From assembly GCF_051225715.1 (NCBI RefSeq), contig NZ_JBPJSP010000040.1:20015-52014 (forward strand): DNA of 32,000 bases, written 5' to 3'. Source of the stretch: Azospirillum sp. ST 5-10 (GTDB lineage Bacteria; Pseudomonadota; Alphaproteobacteria; Azospirillales; Azospirillaceae). Shown piece after piece: positions 24,793-32,000 of this stretch (the first letter of the stretch is position 1; every line of letters starts with the position of its first letter). The translations under genes were made by a program, and so were the position numbers. The notes below the pieces were generated by a model, which saw only the letters and a program-made list of their open reading frames with translations, searched no databases and was not told the DNA's origin.

Positions 24793-25614
24793 ATGGCCGC
24801 AGCATCACTCACTCACGACGCGCCCAGTCACGCGCCGGCGCCGCGGATCGAGTTCCGCTCCGTCACCAAGCGGTTCGGCGGCGGGGCCGGCGGCGTGGTC
24901 GCCGTCTCCGGCGTCACCTTCACCATCGCCGACGGCGAGGTGGTCTCGCTGATCGGCCCGTCGGGCTGCGGCAAGAGCACCCTGCTCAGCATGGGCTCCG
25001 GCCTCTACGCGCCGAGCGAGGGCGTGGTGCTGGTCGACGGGGAGCCGGTGGACGGCCCCAACGACCACGTCGCCTTCATGCTGCAGAAGGACCTGCTGCT
25101 GCCCTGGCGCACCATCCGCGCCAACGTGGAGTACGGGCTGGAGATCAAGGGCATCGCGGTGGACGAGCGGCGGGCGCGTTCGCTCGAGCTCCTGGAGAAG
25201 TTCCACCTCGCCGGCTTCGGCGACCATTACCCGCACCAGCTCTCCGGCGGCATGCGCCAGCGCGCGGCGATGGCCCGCACCATCGCCGTGAACCCCACGG
25301 TGCTGCTGATGGACGAGCCGTTCTCGGCGCTCGACGCCCAGACCAAGATGGTGCTGCAGCAGGACCTCGCCGACACGCTGGCGCGCGAGGGGCGCACGGC
25401 GCTGTTCATCACCCACGACCTGGCGGAGTCCATCGCGCTCTCCGACCGCGTGCTGGTGATGAGCGCCCGGCCCGGCCGCATCATCGAGGAGATCGCCGTC
25501 GACCTCCCCCACCGCGACAACCCGATGGCCCGCCGCCGCCTCGGCGCGATGGCCGGCTACGTCGACCGCCTGATGGAGCTGCTGCATGTCGGCCACGACC
25601 TCGAGCCCGCGTGA
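24793..25614 (+). CDS. ABC transporter ATP-binding protein (NitT/TauT family)
   Basis: Track ORF 24763..25614. ATG at residue 11 follows AGGAGGG. Walker A GPSGCGKST, signature LSGGMRQR, Walker B LLMDEP. Confidence 0.9.
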   Translation: MAAASLTHDAPSHAPAPRIEFRSVTKRFGGGAGGVVAVSGVTFTIADGEVVSLIGPSGCGKSTLLSMGSGLYAPSEGVVLVDGEPVDGPNDHVAFMLQKDLLLPWRTIRANVEYGLEIKGIAVDERRARSLELLEKFHLAGFGDHYPHQLSGGMRQRAAMARTIAVNPTVLLMDEPFSALDAQTKMVLQQDLADTLAREGRTALFITHDLAESIALSDRVLVMSARPGRIIEEIAVDLPHRDNPMARRRLGAMAGYVDRLMELLHVGHDLEPA

Positions 25615-26494
25615 GGGCCGGATGACCATCGATCGGGACTACCCGGCCGGCCAGGGTGCCGCGCCGCGTCCGGCCGACGCCCTGCGGCGGCTGCCGTCCG
25701 CCCTGTTCGGCAACGTCGCCGTCGCCTCCACGCTCCTGCTGCTGGCCTTCCTGGCCGCCTGGGAGTGGGGGCCCGGCCTGGTCGGGCTGCCGCCCTTCCT
25801 GATGCCGCCCCTGTCCGACGTGGTGGTCGAGACGGGGCGGATGTTCGCCACCGAGAACCTGCTGTACCACACCGCCGTCACCGCGGCGGAGACCCTGGCC
25901 GGCTTCCTCATCGGCTCGCTGCTCGGCATGGCGATCGGCTACGTGCTGGGCATGTCGCCGAAGGCGGAGTTCCTGCTGTCGCCCTACATCCTGGCCCTGC
26001 AGATCGCGCCCAAGGTGGCGTTCGCGCCGCTGTTCGTGGTGTGGTTCGGCTACACCGTGACGCCCAAGGTGCTGGTGGCCGTGCTGATCGTCTTCTTCCC
26101 GGTCATGGTCAACGTGCTGGGGGCGATCCGCACGGTCGACCCCGACCTCGTCAACCTGGCGCGCACCTTCAAGGCGACGCGCTGGCAGATCTTCCGCACC
26201 ATCCAGTTCCCCGCCGCCCTGCCGCCCCTGTTCTCCGGCCTGCGCATCGCCTCGACCCTGGCCGTCATCGGCGTCATCGTCGGCGAGCTGGTGGGCGGCA
26301 ACACCGGGCTCGGCTACCTGCTGGTGTTCGGCGAGGGGTCGGGCAACACGGCCATGGTGTTCGTCACCATCATCATGCTGACGATGATCGGCATCGCCGC
26401 GTACGCCGCCGTCGTCGTTGCGGAGCGGCGCGTCCTGCATTACCTCCCGCGGGCACACCGGGACGCCACGACCACGGGAGGAAGCAGTGCCTGA
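25586..26494 (+). CDS. ABC transporter permease (NitT/TauT family)
   Basis: 302 aa, multiple hydrophobic segments, EAA-like region near RTFKATRWQIFRTIQFPAALP. Overlaps the ATPase gene end. The exact start is uncertain (alternative M13 at 25622). Confidence 0.85.
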   Translation: MSATTSSPREGRMTIDRDYPAGQGAAPRPADALRRLPSALFGNVAVASTLLLLAFLAAWEWGPGLVGLPPFLMPPLSDVVVETGRMFATENLLYHTAVTAAETLAGFLIGSLLGMAIGYVLGMSPKAEFLLSPYILALQIAPKVAFAPLFVVWFGYTVTPKVLVAVLIVFFPVMVNVLGAIRTVDPDLVNLARTFKATRWQIFRTIQFPAALPPLFSGLRIASTLAVIGVIVGELVGGNTGLGYLLVFGEGSGNTAMVFVTIIMLTMIGIAAYAAVVVAERRVLHYLPRAHRDATTTGGSSA

Positions 26495-27308
26495 CGAGAC
26501 CCGGAACGAGGACGCCGAGCGCTACCTGGTCCCCGGCCTGCAGCGCGGCCTGGAGATCCTGCGCGCCTTCCGCCGCGACCGCACCCACATCAGCCCGACC
26601 GAGATCGCCAAGGAGCTCAGCATCCCCCGCTCCACCGTGTTCCGCCTGATGACCACCTTGGAGTACCTGGGCTTCCTCGTGCGCTCGCGCGACGGCCGCT
26701 TCTACAAGCTGGGGCCGGCCGTGCTGACGCTGGGATTCGAGTACCTGGCCTCGCTGGAGATCACCGAGATCGCCCGCGGGCCGCTGGAGCGCCTGCGCGA
26801 CCGCACTGGCCTGCCGACCCACATGGTGGTGCGCGACGGGCGCGAGGTGGTGTTCGTCCTCAAGACCAACGTGCCGTCGGCGCTGGTCGGCTCGGTCAGC
26901 GTCGGCACCCGCCTGCCGGCCCACGCCACGGTGCTCGGCCGCGTCTTCCTCGCCCACATGAGCGAGGCGGAGCTGCGCGCGGTCTGCCCCGACGAGACCC
27001 TGGAGCGCTTCACGCCGCAGACCCCCGGCACGCTGGCCGAGCTGCGCGCCCTGCTGGCCGAGGACCGGCGGCGCGGCTACGCCATCAGCGAGAGCTTCTT
27101 CGAGAGCAACGTCTCGGCCATCGCCGCCCCGGTGTTCGACGACAGCGGCACCGTGGTGGCGGCGATCAACGCCATCGCCCGCGACGGCGCCGCCACCCAC
27201 GAGCAGCTCGTCGACGCGGTGGCGCCGGAGGTGGTGGCCACGGCGCAGGAGATCTCCCGCCACCTCGGCCACCGCGACACCGCCGCGCTGGCCGCGGCCA
27301 GCGCCTGA
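26487..27308 (+). CDS. IclR-family transcriptional regulator
   Basis: Track ORF 26418..27308. I favour GTG 26487 (GGGAGGAAG upstream), which overlaps the permease stop by 8 nt. HTH LVPGLQRGLEILRAFRRDRTHISPTEIAKELSIPRSTVFRLMTTLEYLGFL and the IclR effector domain. Confidence 0.85.
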   Translation: MPDETRNEDAERYLVPGLQRGLEILRAFRRDRTHISPTEIAKELSIPRSTVFRLMTTLEYLGFLVRSRDGRFYKLGPAVLTLGFEYLASLEITEIARGPLERLRDRTGLPTHMVVRDGREVVFVLKTNVPSALVGSVSVGTRLPAHATVLGRVFLAHMSEAELRAVCPDETLERFTPQTPGTLAELRALLAEDRRRGYAISESFFESNVSAIAAPVFDDSGTVVAAINAIARDGAATHEQLVDAVAPEVVATAQEISRHLGHRDTAALAAASA

Positions 27309-27309
27309 C

Positions 27310-27359
27310 CCGACCGGCGCGGTTCCGCGCCAGACCACCGACCGGCGCGGTTCCGCGCC
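27310..27359. repeat. two perfect 22-bp direct repeats, each containing a short palindrome
   Basis: CCGACCGGCGCGGTTCCGCGCC occurs at 27310-27331 and 27338-27359 (28-bp period). Each copy carries GGCGCGG-TT-CCGCGCC. Located between the IclR stop (27308) and the dioxygenase ATG (27378). Confidence 0.7.
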
Positions 27360-27377
27360 CGATCCGAGGACCTCCGC

Positions 27378-28298
27378 ATGATCACCGGCATCGACCGCAT
27401 CACCTTCGGCGTCGAGGACATGGACGCCTGCACGCGCTTCCTCACCGACTGGGGCCTCGCCGCCGCCGGGCGGGACGGCGACGGTCTGCGCTTCGAGACG
27501 CTGGACGGCGGCGAGGTCGTCATCCGTCCCAAGGACGACCCGTCCCTGCCGCCCGCCATCGAGCCGGGACCGACCCTGCGCGAGGTGGTCTGGGGCGTCG
27601 CCGACGAGGCGGCGCTGGCGGCGGTGACGGCGCGCCTGGACGGCGTGCCCGGCTTCACGGCGGCCGGCGGGCCGCCGGGCTGCCCCGACCCGGTCGGCCT
27701 GCAGGTCCGCGTCCGGGTGAGCCGGCGCCGGCCGGTGGCGGTCAAGGGCTCGCCCCTCAACACCATCGACGACCACCCCCGGGTCGACGAGCCGAGCCCG
27801 GTCTACGAACGCGCCACGCCGGTCAAGGTCGGCCACGTCGTGCTGTTCACCGACCGCATCGCCGAGCACGAGGCCTTCTACGTCGAGCGGCTCGGCTTCC
27901 ACGTCTCCGACCGCTACCCCGGCCGCGGCGTCTTCCTGCGCTGCCGCGCCCACGGCGGCCACCACGACCTGTTCCTCCTGCAGCCGCCGCAGCCCAAGGT
28001 CGGCCTCAACCACATCGCCTTCACCGTGCGCGACATCCACGAGGTGTTCGGCGGCGGCCTGCACATCAACCGCTGCGGCTGGCCGACCGAGATCGGTCCC
28101 GGCCGCCACCCCATCTCGTCCGCCTATTTCTGGTACGTGCGCAACCCCTGCGGCGGCCTGGCCGAGTACTACGCCAACGAGGACTGGGTGACCGAGAAGT
28201 GGCAGGCCCGGGAGTTCCAGCCCTCGCCGGAGATGTTCGCGGAGTGGGCGGTGCTCGGCGGCATCGACCACCAGACCCGCCGGCAGACGGCGCGCTGA
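27378..28298 (+). CDS. two-domain VOC-family ring-cleavage dioxygenase (paralogue of 575..1534)
   Basis: 306 aa. IDRITFGVEDMD and VGHVVLFTDRI VOC modules. HGGHHDLF and NHIAFTV His motifs align with the first dioxygenase. RBS GAGGA. Confidence 0.8.
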   Translation: MITGIDRITFGVEDMDACTRFLTDWGLAAAGRDGDGLRFETLDGGEVVIRPKDDPSLPPAIEPGPTLREVVWGVADEAALAAVTARLDGVPGFTAAGGPPGCPDPVGLQVRVRVSRRRPVAVKGSPLNTIDDHPRVDEPSPVYERATPVKVGHVVLFTDRIAEHEAFYVERLGFHVSDRYPGRGVFLRCRAHGGHHDLFLLQPPQPKVGLNHIAFTVRDIHEVFGGGLHINRCGWPTEIGPGRHPISSAYFWYVRNPCGGLAEYYANEDWVTEKWQAREFQPSPEMFAEWAVLGGIDHQTRRQTAR

Positions 28299-28305
28299 CC
28301 CTCGT

Positions 28306-28347
28306 CGCCGACCGGCGGAATGCCGAACGGCATTCCGCCGGTCGGCG
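28306..28347 (+). terminator. 19-bp perfect-stem hairpin after the dioxygenase gene
   Basis: CGCCGACCGGCGGAATGCC / GAAC / GGCATTCCGCCGGTCGGCG begins 8 nt after the stop codon. No U-tract follows, which is common in high-GC genomes. Confidence 0.55.
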
Positions 28348-28707
28348 GGGAAGGCGGCAGGGCTGGACAAATCTATCGGGAAGCCCGCCCGTTTCATTGT
28401 CTTTGGAGACAATCCGGTCCATTCCGTCCGCTCCCGGACCCCGCAATCGAGAAAATCGCTCCGGGTGCACAGCCGAAGCCGGGCGGACGTCAGTCGTCCC
28501 GATTCCCTATATTGCACAACCGCCGCGGGCAGCTTGCCTGCGGGAGCGGCGCTCCTCGCATATCCGTTTGACGTCTACCGGCGTCCACCGGATCACGGTA
28601 CAGTGGCCGAACGAAGCTCGAGATCCGGCGTGCAGCCCGGATCCGCCTTGCGGCGGCCGAAGGCCGGCGTTCCGCCGCGGCGCGCGGCGCCGGAGAAGGA
28701 ACGGGGG

Positions 28708-31695
28708 ATGGTGGGCGGTAGCCTTGGCAGGCCGCGCGGCGCACGGTCCCGCGCCGCCACGCGAGCGGCGTCCGGTGCGGACGCCGCATCGGCAACGCAC
28801 CGCCCGACCGGAGCGGTGCGCGCCGGCCGTCCCGCCGAGGTCGTCTTCGGCCCCTTCCGACTGGTTCCCCGCGCCCGCATGCTGCTGCGCGACGGCGCTC
28901 CGCTGCGGATCGGCAGCCGGGCGATGGACATCCTCCTCCTCCTCGCCGAGCGGCCCGGCGCCACCGTCGCCAGCGACGAGCTGATGGCGGCGGTGTGGCC
29001 GGGCATCCACGTCGAGAGCAACACGCTGCGCGTCCACATCGCCGCGCTGCGCAGACACCTCGGCGGTGCGGACGCCGGGCACCGCTACATCGTCAACGTC
29101 ACCGGGCGGGGCTACGCCCTCGTCCTGCCGCCGGAAGCGGACGGCCCGGCCGCGACGCCGGAGGGCGCCGGCGCCGCCCTCCCGGCGCCGGCCGCCGGTC
29201 ACGTCCGCCTGATCGGCCGCGACGCCCTCGTCGCCGACATCGGCCGGCGCTTGCGCGCGCAGAGGCTGGTGACGCTCGTCGGGCCGGGCGGCGTCGGCAA
29301 GACCGCGGTCGCGGCGGCGGCGGCCGCCATCGCCGCCCGCGCGGGCCTGGAGGTCGTCGCCGTCGACCTGTCGCCGCTGGTGAGCGGCGAGCTGCTCACC
29401 GGCACCGTCGCCAGCCGCCTCGGCCTGCCGGGCAACAGCTACGACGCCACGGCGACGATCCTGCGCTATCTCGCCGCCCGCCGCATGCTGCTGGTGCTCG
29501 ACACCTGCGAGCACGTCGTCGCCGACGCCGCCCGGTTCGCCGCGGCGATCCTCGACGGGGCACCGCAGGTCCACATCCTCGCCACCAGCCGCGAGGCGAT
29601 GCGGATCGCCGGCGAGCACGTCCACCGCGTGGACGGCCTCGCCGTGCCCGAGGCGGCCGGCGGCGATCCGTCCGAGGTGCTGGCCGCGCCGGCGGTGCGC
29701 CTGTTCGTCGAGCGCGCCGCGGCCGCCGCGGCCGGGCTGCGCTTCGCCGAGGAGGACGCCGACGCCCTGGCGGACATCTGCCGGCGCCTCGACGGGCTGC
29801 CGCTCGCCATCGAGCTGGCGGCGGCGCTGGCCCCCCGCCTCGGCGCCGCCGGCCTTGCCCGCGCGCTCGCCGACCGCTTCGCCCTCCTGACGAACGGCTA
29901 CCGGACGGCGCTGTCGCGCCATCAGACGCTGCACGCCACCGTCGACTGGAGCTACCGTCTGCTGGACGAGCGGGAGCGCACCGTGTTCCGGCGCTTCGGC
30001 GTGTTCCGCGGCGCGGTGACCTGGGAGGACGCCGTCGCCGTCCTCGCCCTCGACGACCTCGACCCCGCCGCCATCGCCGCGGCCCTCCACCGGCTCGCGG
30101 CGAAATCGCTGCTCGACGTGGCGCCCGGCGGCGGCGCGGTCCGCTGCCGCATGCTCGACACCAACCGCGACTTCGCCTGGGCCGCGCTCGCCGCCAGCGG
30201 CGAGCGCGACGCCGTGTCGGCCCGGCACGCCGCGCACTGGGCGGCGCGCCTCGAAGGCTGGTCGCCGGACTCGATGGCGGGCGGCCGGCGCGGCGACTGC
30301 GACGCCATGCTGGCCGACGTCCGCTCGGCCATCCGGTGGTGCTGGGCGACGGAGTCGCGGCACCCCCTCGGCGTCCGCCTCACCCTCGCCGCCGTGCCGC
30401 TGTGGACCAACCTCTCGCTGATCGCCGAATCGATCGGCACGATCGGCCATGCGCTCGCCTGCATCGACCGGACCGCCCCGGCGCGGCGGCGCGACGTCAT
30501 GGAGCTGCACGCGGCGCTCGGCGGCGCGCTGATGAACATCGACGGCGCCGGCGAGCGGGTGCACGGCGCCTGGTCCGTCGTCCGGCGCGTCGCCGGCGAG
30601 CTGGGCGACACGCGGGCGCACCGCAAGGCCCTGTGGGGCCTGTGGATCGACCGGCGCAACCAGGGCTTCGCCCGTGAGGCCCTGGGGATCGCGAAGGAGT
30701 TCGCCCGGCTCCAGGACGGCGACGGGGATCCGCTGTTCGCCCTCCTCGGCGACCGCATGCAGGGCATCTCCTGCTTCTTCGTCGGCGCTTTCGGGCGCGC
30801 CCGCACGCACATCGACCGCACGCTCGCGCGCAGCCGGGCCACCGGGCGCCGCGCCCAGATCGCCGCGTTCCAGTTCGACCAGGCGATCGCCGCCCGCTGC
30901 TTCGAGGCGCAGATCCTGTGGTTGCAGGGCTTCCCCGACCAGGCCCGCGCCGTCGCCGCGGGCAACGTCGAGGACGCCGTCGCCTGCGACCATGCGGGGT
31001 CGCTCAGCTACGCGCTGTCCGAAGCGGCGTGCCCGATCGCCCTGCGCTGCGGCCACCTCGACGACCTGGAGCGCTATGTCGGCCTGTTGCTGACCCGCAC
31101 CCGGGGCGCCGGCCTGGAGATCTGGCACACCCTGGGCCGCACCTACGAGAGCTTTCTGCGCATCGGCCGGGGCGAGCGCACGGCCGGCCTGCGGCAGCTG
31201 GGCGAGGTCGTCGACGAGCTGCGCTGCGTCCGGCACGGCCCGCTCTTCACCCCGGTGCTGGGGGAGTACGCATCGCTGCTGGCGGCGGCCGGGCGGCGCG
31301 CCGAGGCGGAGCGGGCGATCGCCGAAGCCTTCGACCGGCTCCGCCGGAACGGCGAGCTCTGGTGCTCGGCCGAGCTGAAGCGCATCCGGGCCGAGCTGGC
31401 CGCCGGCGCCGGCGATGCCGCGGCGGCCGAGCGCTGGTACCGCCGCGCGCTCGCCGCGAGCCGCCGGCAGGGCGCCCTCGGCTGGGAGCTGCGCGCCGCC
31501 ACCAGCCTGGCGCGGTTCCGCGCCGAACGGGGCGGGCCCGCCGCGGACGCCGCCGCGCCGCTGGCCGCCGTGCTCGGGCGTTTCACCGAGGGTTGGGAAA
31601 CCCAGGATGTCCGCACCGCGCGGACTCTGCTCGCCACCCTGCGCCCGGACCCGCCACGGCCCCCTGCCGGGGCGACCGCGCGGACGCCGGGGTGA
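28708..31695 (+). CDS. large transcriptional regulator: OmpR/PhoB-type winged HTH + P-loop NTPase (STAND-like) + TPR-like C-terminal region
   Basis: Track ORF 28465..31695. I start at ATG 28708 (MVGGSLG) after GGAGAAGG. wHTH FGPFRLVPRARMLLRDGAPLRIGSRAMDILLLLAERPGATVASDELMAAVWPG...RVHIAALRRHLG...NVTGRGYAL. Walker A LVGPGGVGKT. Walker B-like MLLVLDTCEH. The long helical-repeat C-terminus ends with WELRAATSLARF. Confidence 0.8.
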   Translation: MVGGSLGRPRGARSRAATRAASGADAASATHRPTGAVRAGRPAEVVFGPFRLVPRARMLLRDGAPLRIGSRAMDILLLLAERPGATVASDELMAAVWPGIHVESNTLRVHIAALRRHLGGADAGHRYIVNVTGRGYALVLPPEADGPAATPEGAGAALPAPAAGHVRLIGRDALVADIGRRLRAQRLVTLVGPGGVGKTAVAAAAAAIAARAGLEVVAVDLSPLVSGELLTGTVASRLGLPGNSYDATATILRYLAARRMLLVLDTCEHVVADAARFAAAILDGAPQVHILATSREAMRIAGEHVHRVDGLAVPEAAGGDPSEVLAAPAVRLFVERAAAAAAGLRFAEEDADALADICRRLDGLPLAIELAAALAPRLGAAGLARALADRFALLTNGYRTALSRHQTLHATVDWSYRLLDERERTVFRRFGVFRGAVTWEDAVAVLALDDLDPAAIAAALHRLAAKSLLDVAPGGGAVRCRMLDTNRDFAWAALAASGERDAVSARHAAHWAARLEGWSPDSMAGGRRGDCDAMLADVRSAIRWCWATESRHPLGVRLTLAAVPLWTNLSLIAESIGTIGHALACIDRTAPARRRDVMELHAALGGALMNIDGAGERVHGAWSVVRRVAGELGDTRAHRKALWGLWIDRRNQGFAREALGIAKEFARLQDGDGDPLFALLGDRMQGISCFFVGAFGRARTHIDRTLARSRATGRRAQIAAFQFDQAIAARCFEAQILWLQGFPDQARAVAAGNVEDAVACDHAGSLSYALSEAACPIALRCGHLDDLERYVGLLLTRTRGAGLEIWHTLGRTYESFLRIGRGERTAGLRQLGEVVDELRCVRHGPLFTPVLGEYASLLAAAGRRAEAERAIAEAFDRLRRNGELWCSAELKRIRAELAAGAGDAAAAERWYRRALAASRRQGALGWELRAATSLARFRAERGGPAADAAAPLAAVLGRFTEGWETQDVRTARTLLATLRPDPPRPPAGATARTPG

Positions 31696-32000
31696 CGCCG
31701 CCGGCAGCACGGCCGCCGCGGCCGGGGACGGATCCCATGACTTCCACCGCTTCCGGCGGGCCGGAGCGCTGAACACGTTCTACCCCTACCCTCCCCTGCG
31801 ACGCGGGGCAAAGTCAGGACGGGAGGCAATGGGTGTGTCGGCGCCCGGCTCGACCGTATGAACCGCGAGGTGCGCGCAAGACCGGCCGCGCCGGCCGGGA
31901 CGGCGCTCACACAACTTCACACCGCTTCACTCCGGTCCGGCGGCGGCGTCCGGTTAACCTCGACGCGCGCCGGCCACAACGGCCGCCGCGATTGACCGGA

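Noticed and set aside
28396-28413. Inverted repeat ATTGTCT-TTGG-AGACAAT, preceded by CGTTTCAT, considered as a third copy of the GTYTCA-N4-TGAGAC operator
   Set aside because: It shares short words (GTTTCA, GAGAC, GACAATCC) with the other sites, but the half-site sequence and spacing differ. I cannot support it as the same motif without a statistical scan.
28465-28707. 81-codon N-terminal extension of the large regulator ORF
   Set aside because: No RBS at 28465, and the composition is unlike the rest of the protein. A good GGAGAAGG RBS precedes ATG 28708, and the wHTH domain begins shortly after it. The start remains unverified.
31785-31830. GC-rich segment CCCCTACCCTCCCCTGCGACGCGGGGCAAAGTCAGGACGGGAGG, considered as a second full REP-like element
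   Set aside because: It shares only the CCCYACCCTCCCC word with 10139-10216. Its inverted repeats are short (CCTCCC/GGGAGG, CCCC/GGGG), so the structure is weak. It is mentioned only as a possible relative.

Overview
High-GC (~70% by eye) proteobacterial catabolic region that looks alphaproteobacterial. It is densely coded, with about 33 supportable CDS. I found no rRNA, tRNA, CRISPR array, transposase or integrase. All family names come from my own reading of the translations; no searches were run. Small-motif coordinates may be off by 1-2 nt.

Layout, left to right:
- (1) 1-3491: minus-strand operon FAH-family hydrolase / VOC ring-cleavage dioxygenase / FAD monooxygenase (truncated by the window edge), with a divergent LysR regulator.
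- (2) 3501-9523: minus-strand paaF-paaG-paaH-paaJ, the dehydroadipyl-CoA to succinyl-CoA + acetyl-CoA branch. Upstream lie a hotdog thioesterase and an XRE-HTH::shikimate-kinase-like (BzdR/BoxR-type) regulator. Both promoter regions carry a shared TGCA-rich 17-mer.
- (3) 9542-10216: higA with a decayed higB, next to a nested GC-rich palindromic element.
- (4) 10265-16514: tightly coupled six-gene operon cupin / SDR / alpha-beta hydrolase / TPP enzyme / aspartate-dehydrogenase-like / aldehyde dehydrogenase, of unknown pathway. An atypical SDR is transcribed divergently.
- (5) 17670-20398: DUF6516-like + HTH two-gene module, then purT, then a PIN-RHH toxin-antitoxin pair.
- (6) 20452-27308: operon PDR/VanB reductase / small unknown / periplasmic binding protein / RidA / small unknown / Rieske oxygenase, divergent from ABC ATPase / permease / IclR.
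- (7) 27378-31695: a second VOC dioxygenase and a 995-aa wHTH-P-loop-TPR (STAND-type) regulator.

Main hunt result: the palindrome GTYTCA-N4-TGAGAC occurs in the two divergent promoter regions of blocks 4 and 6. This suggests one uncharacterised regulon of about 16 genes, split by the TA/purT segment.

Many long ORFs in the track are antisense or out-of-frame artefacts of the high GC content and were not called.
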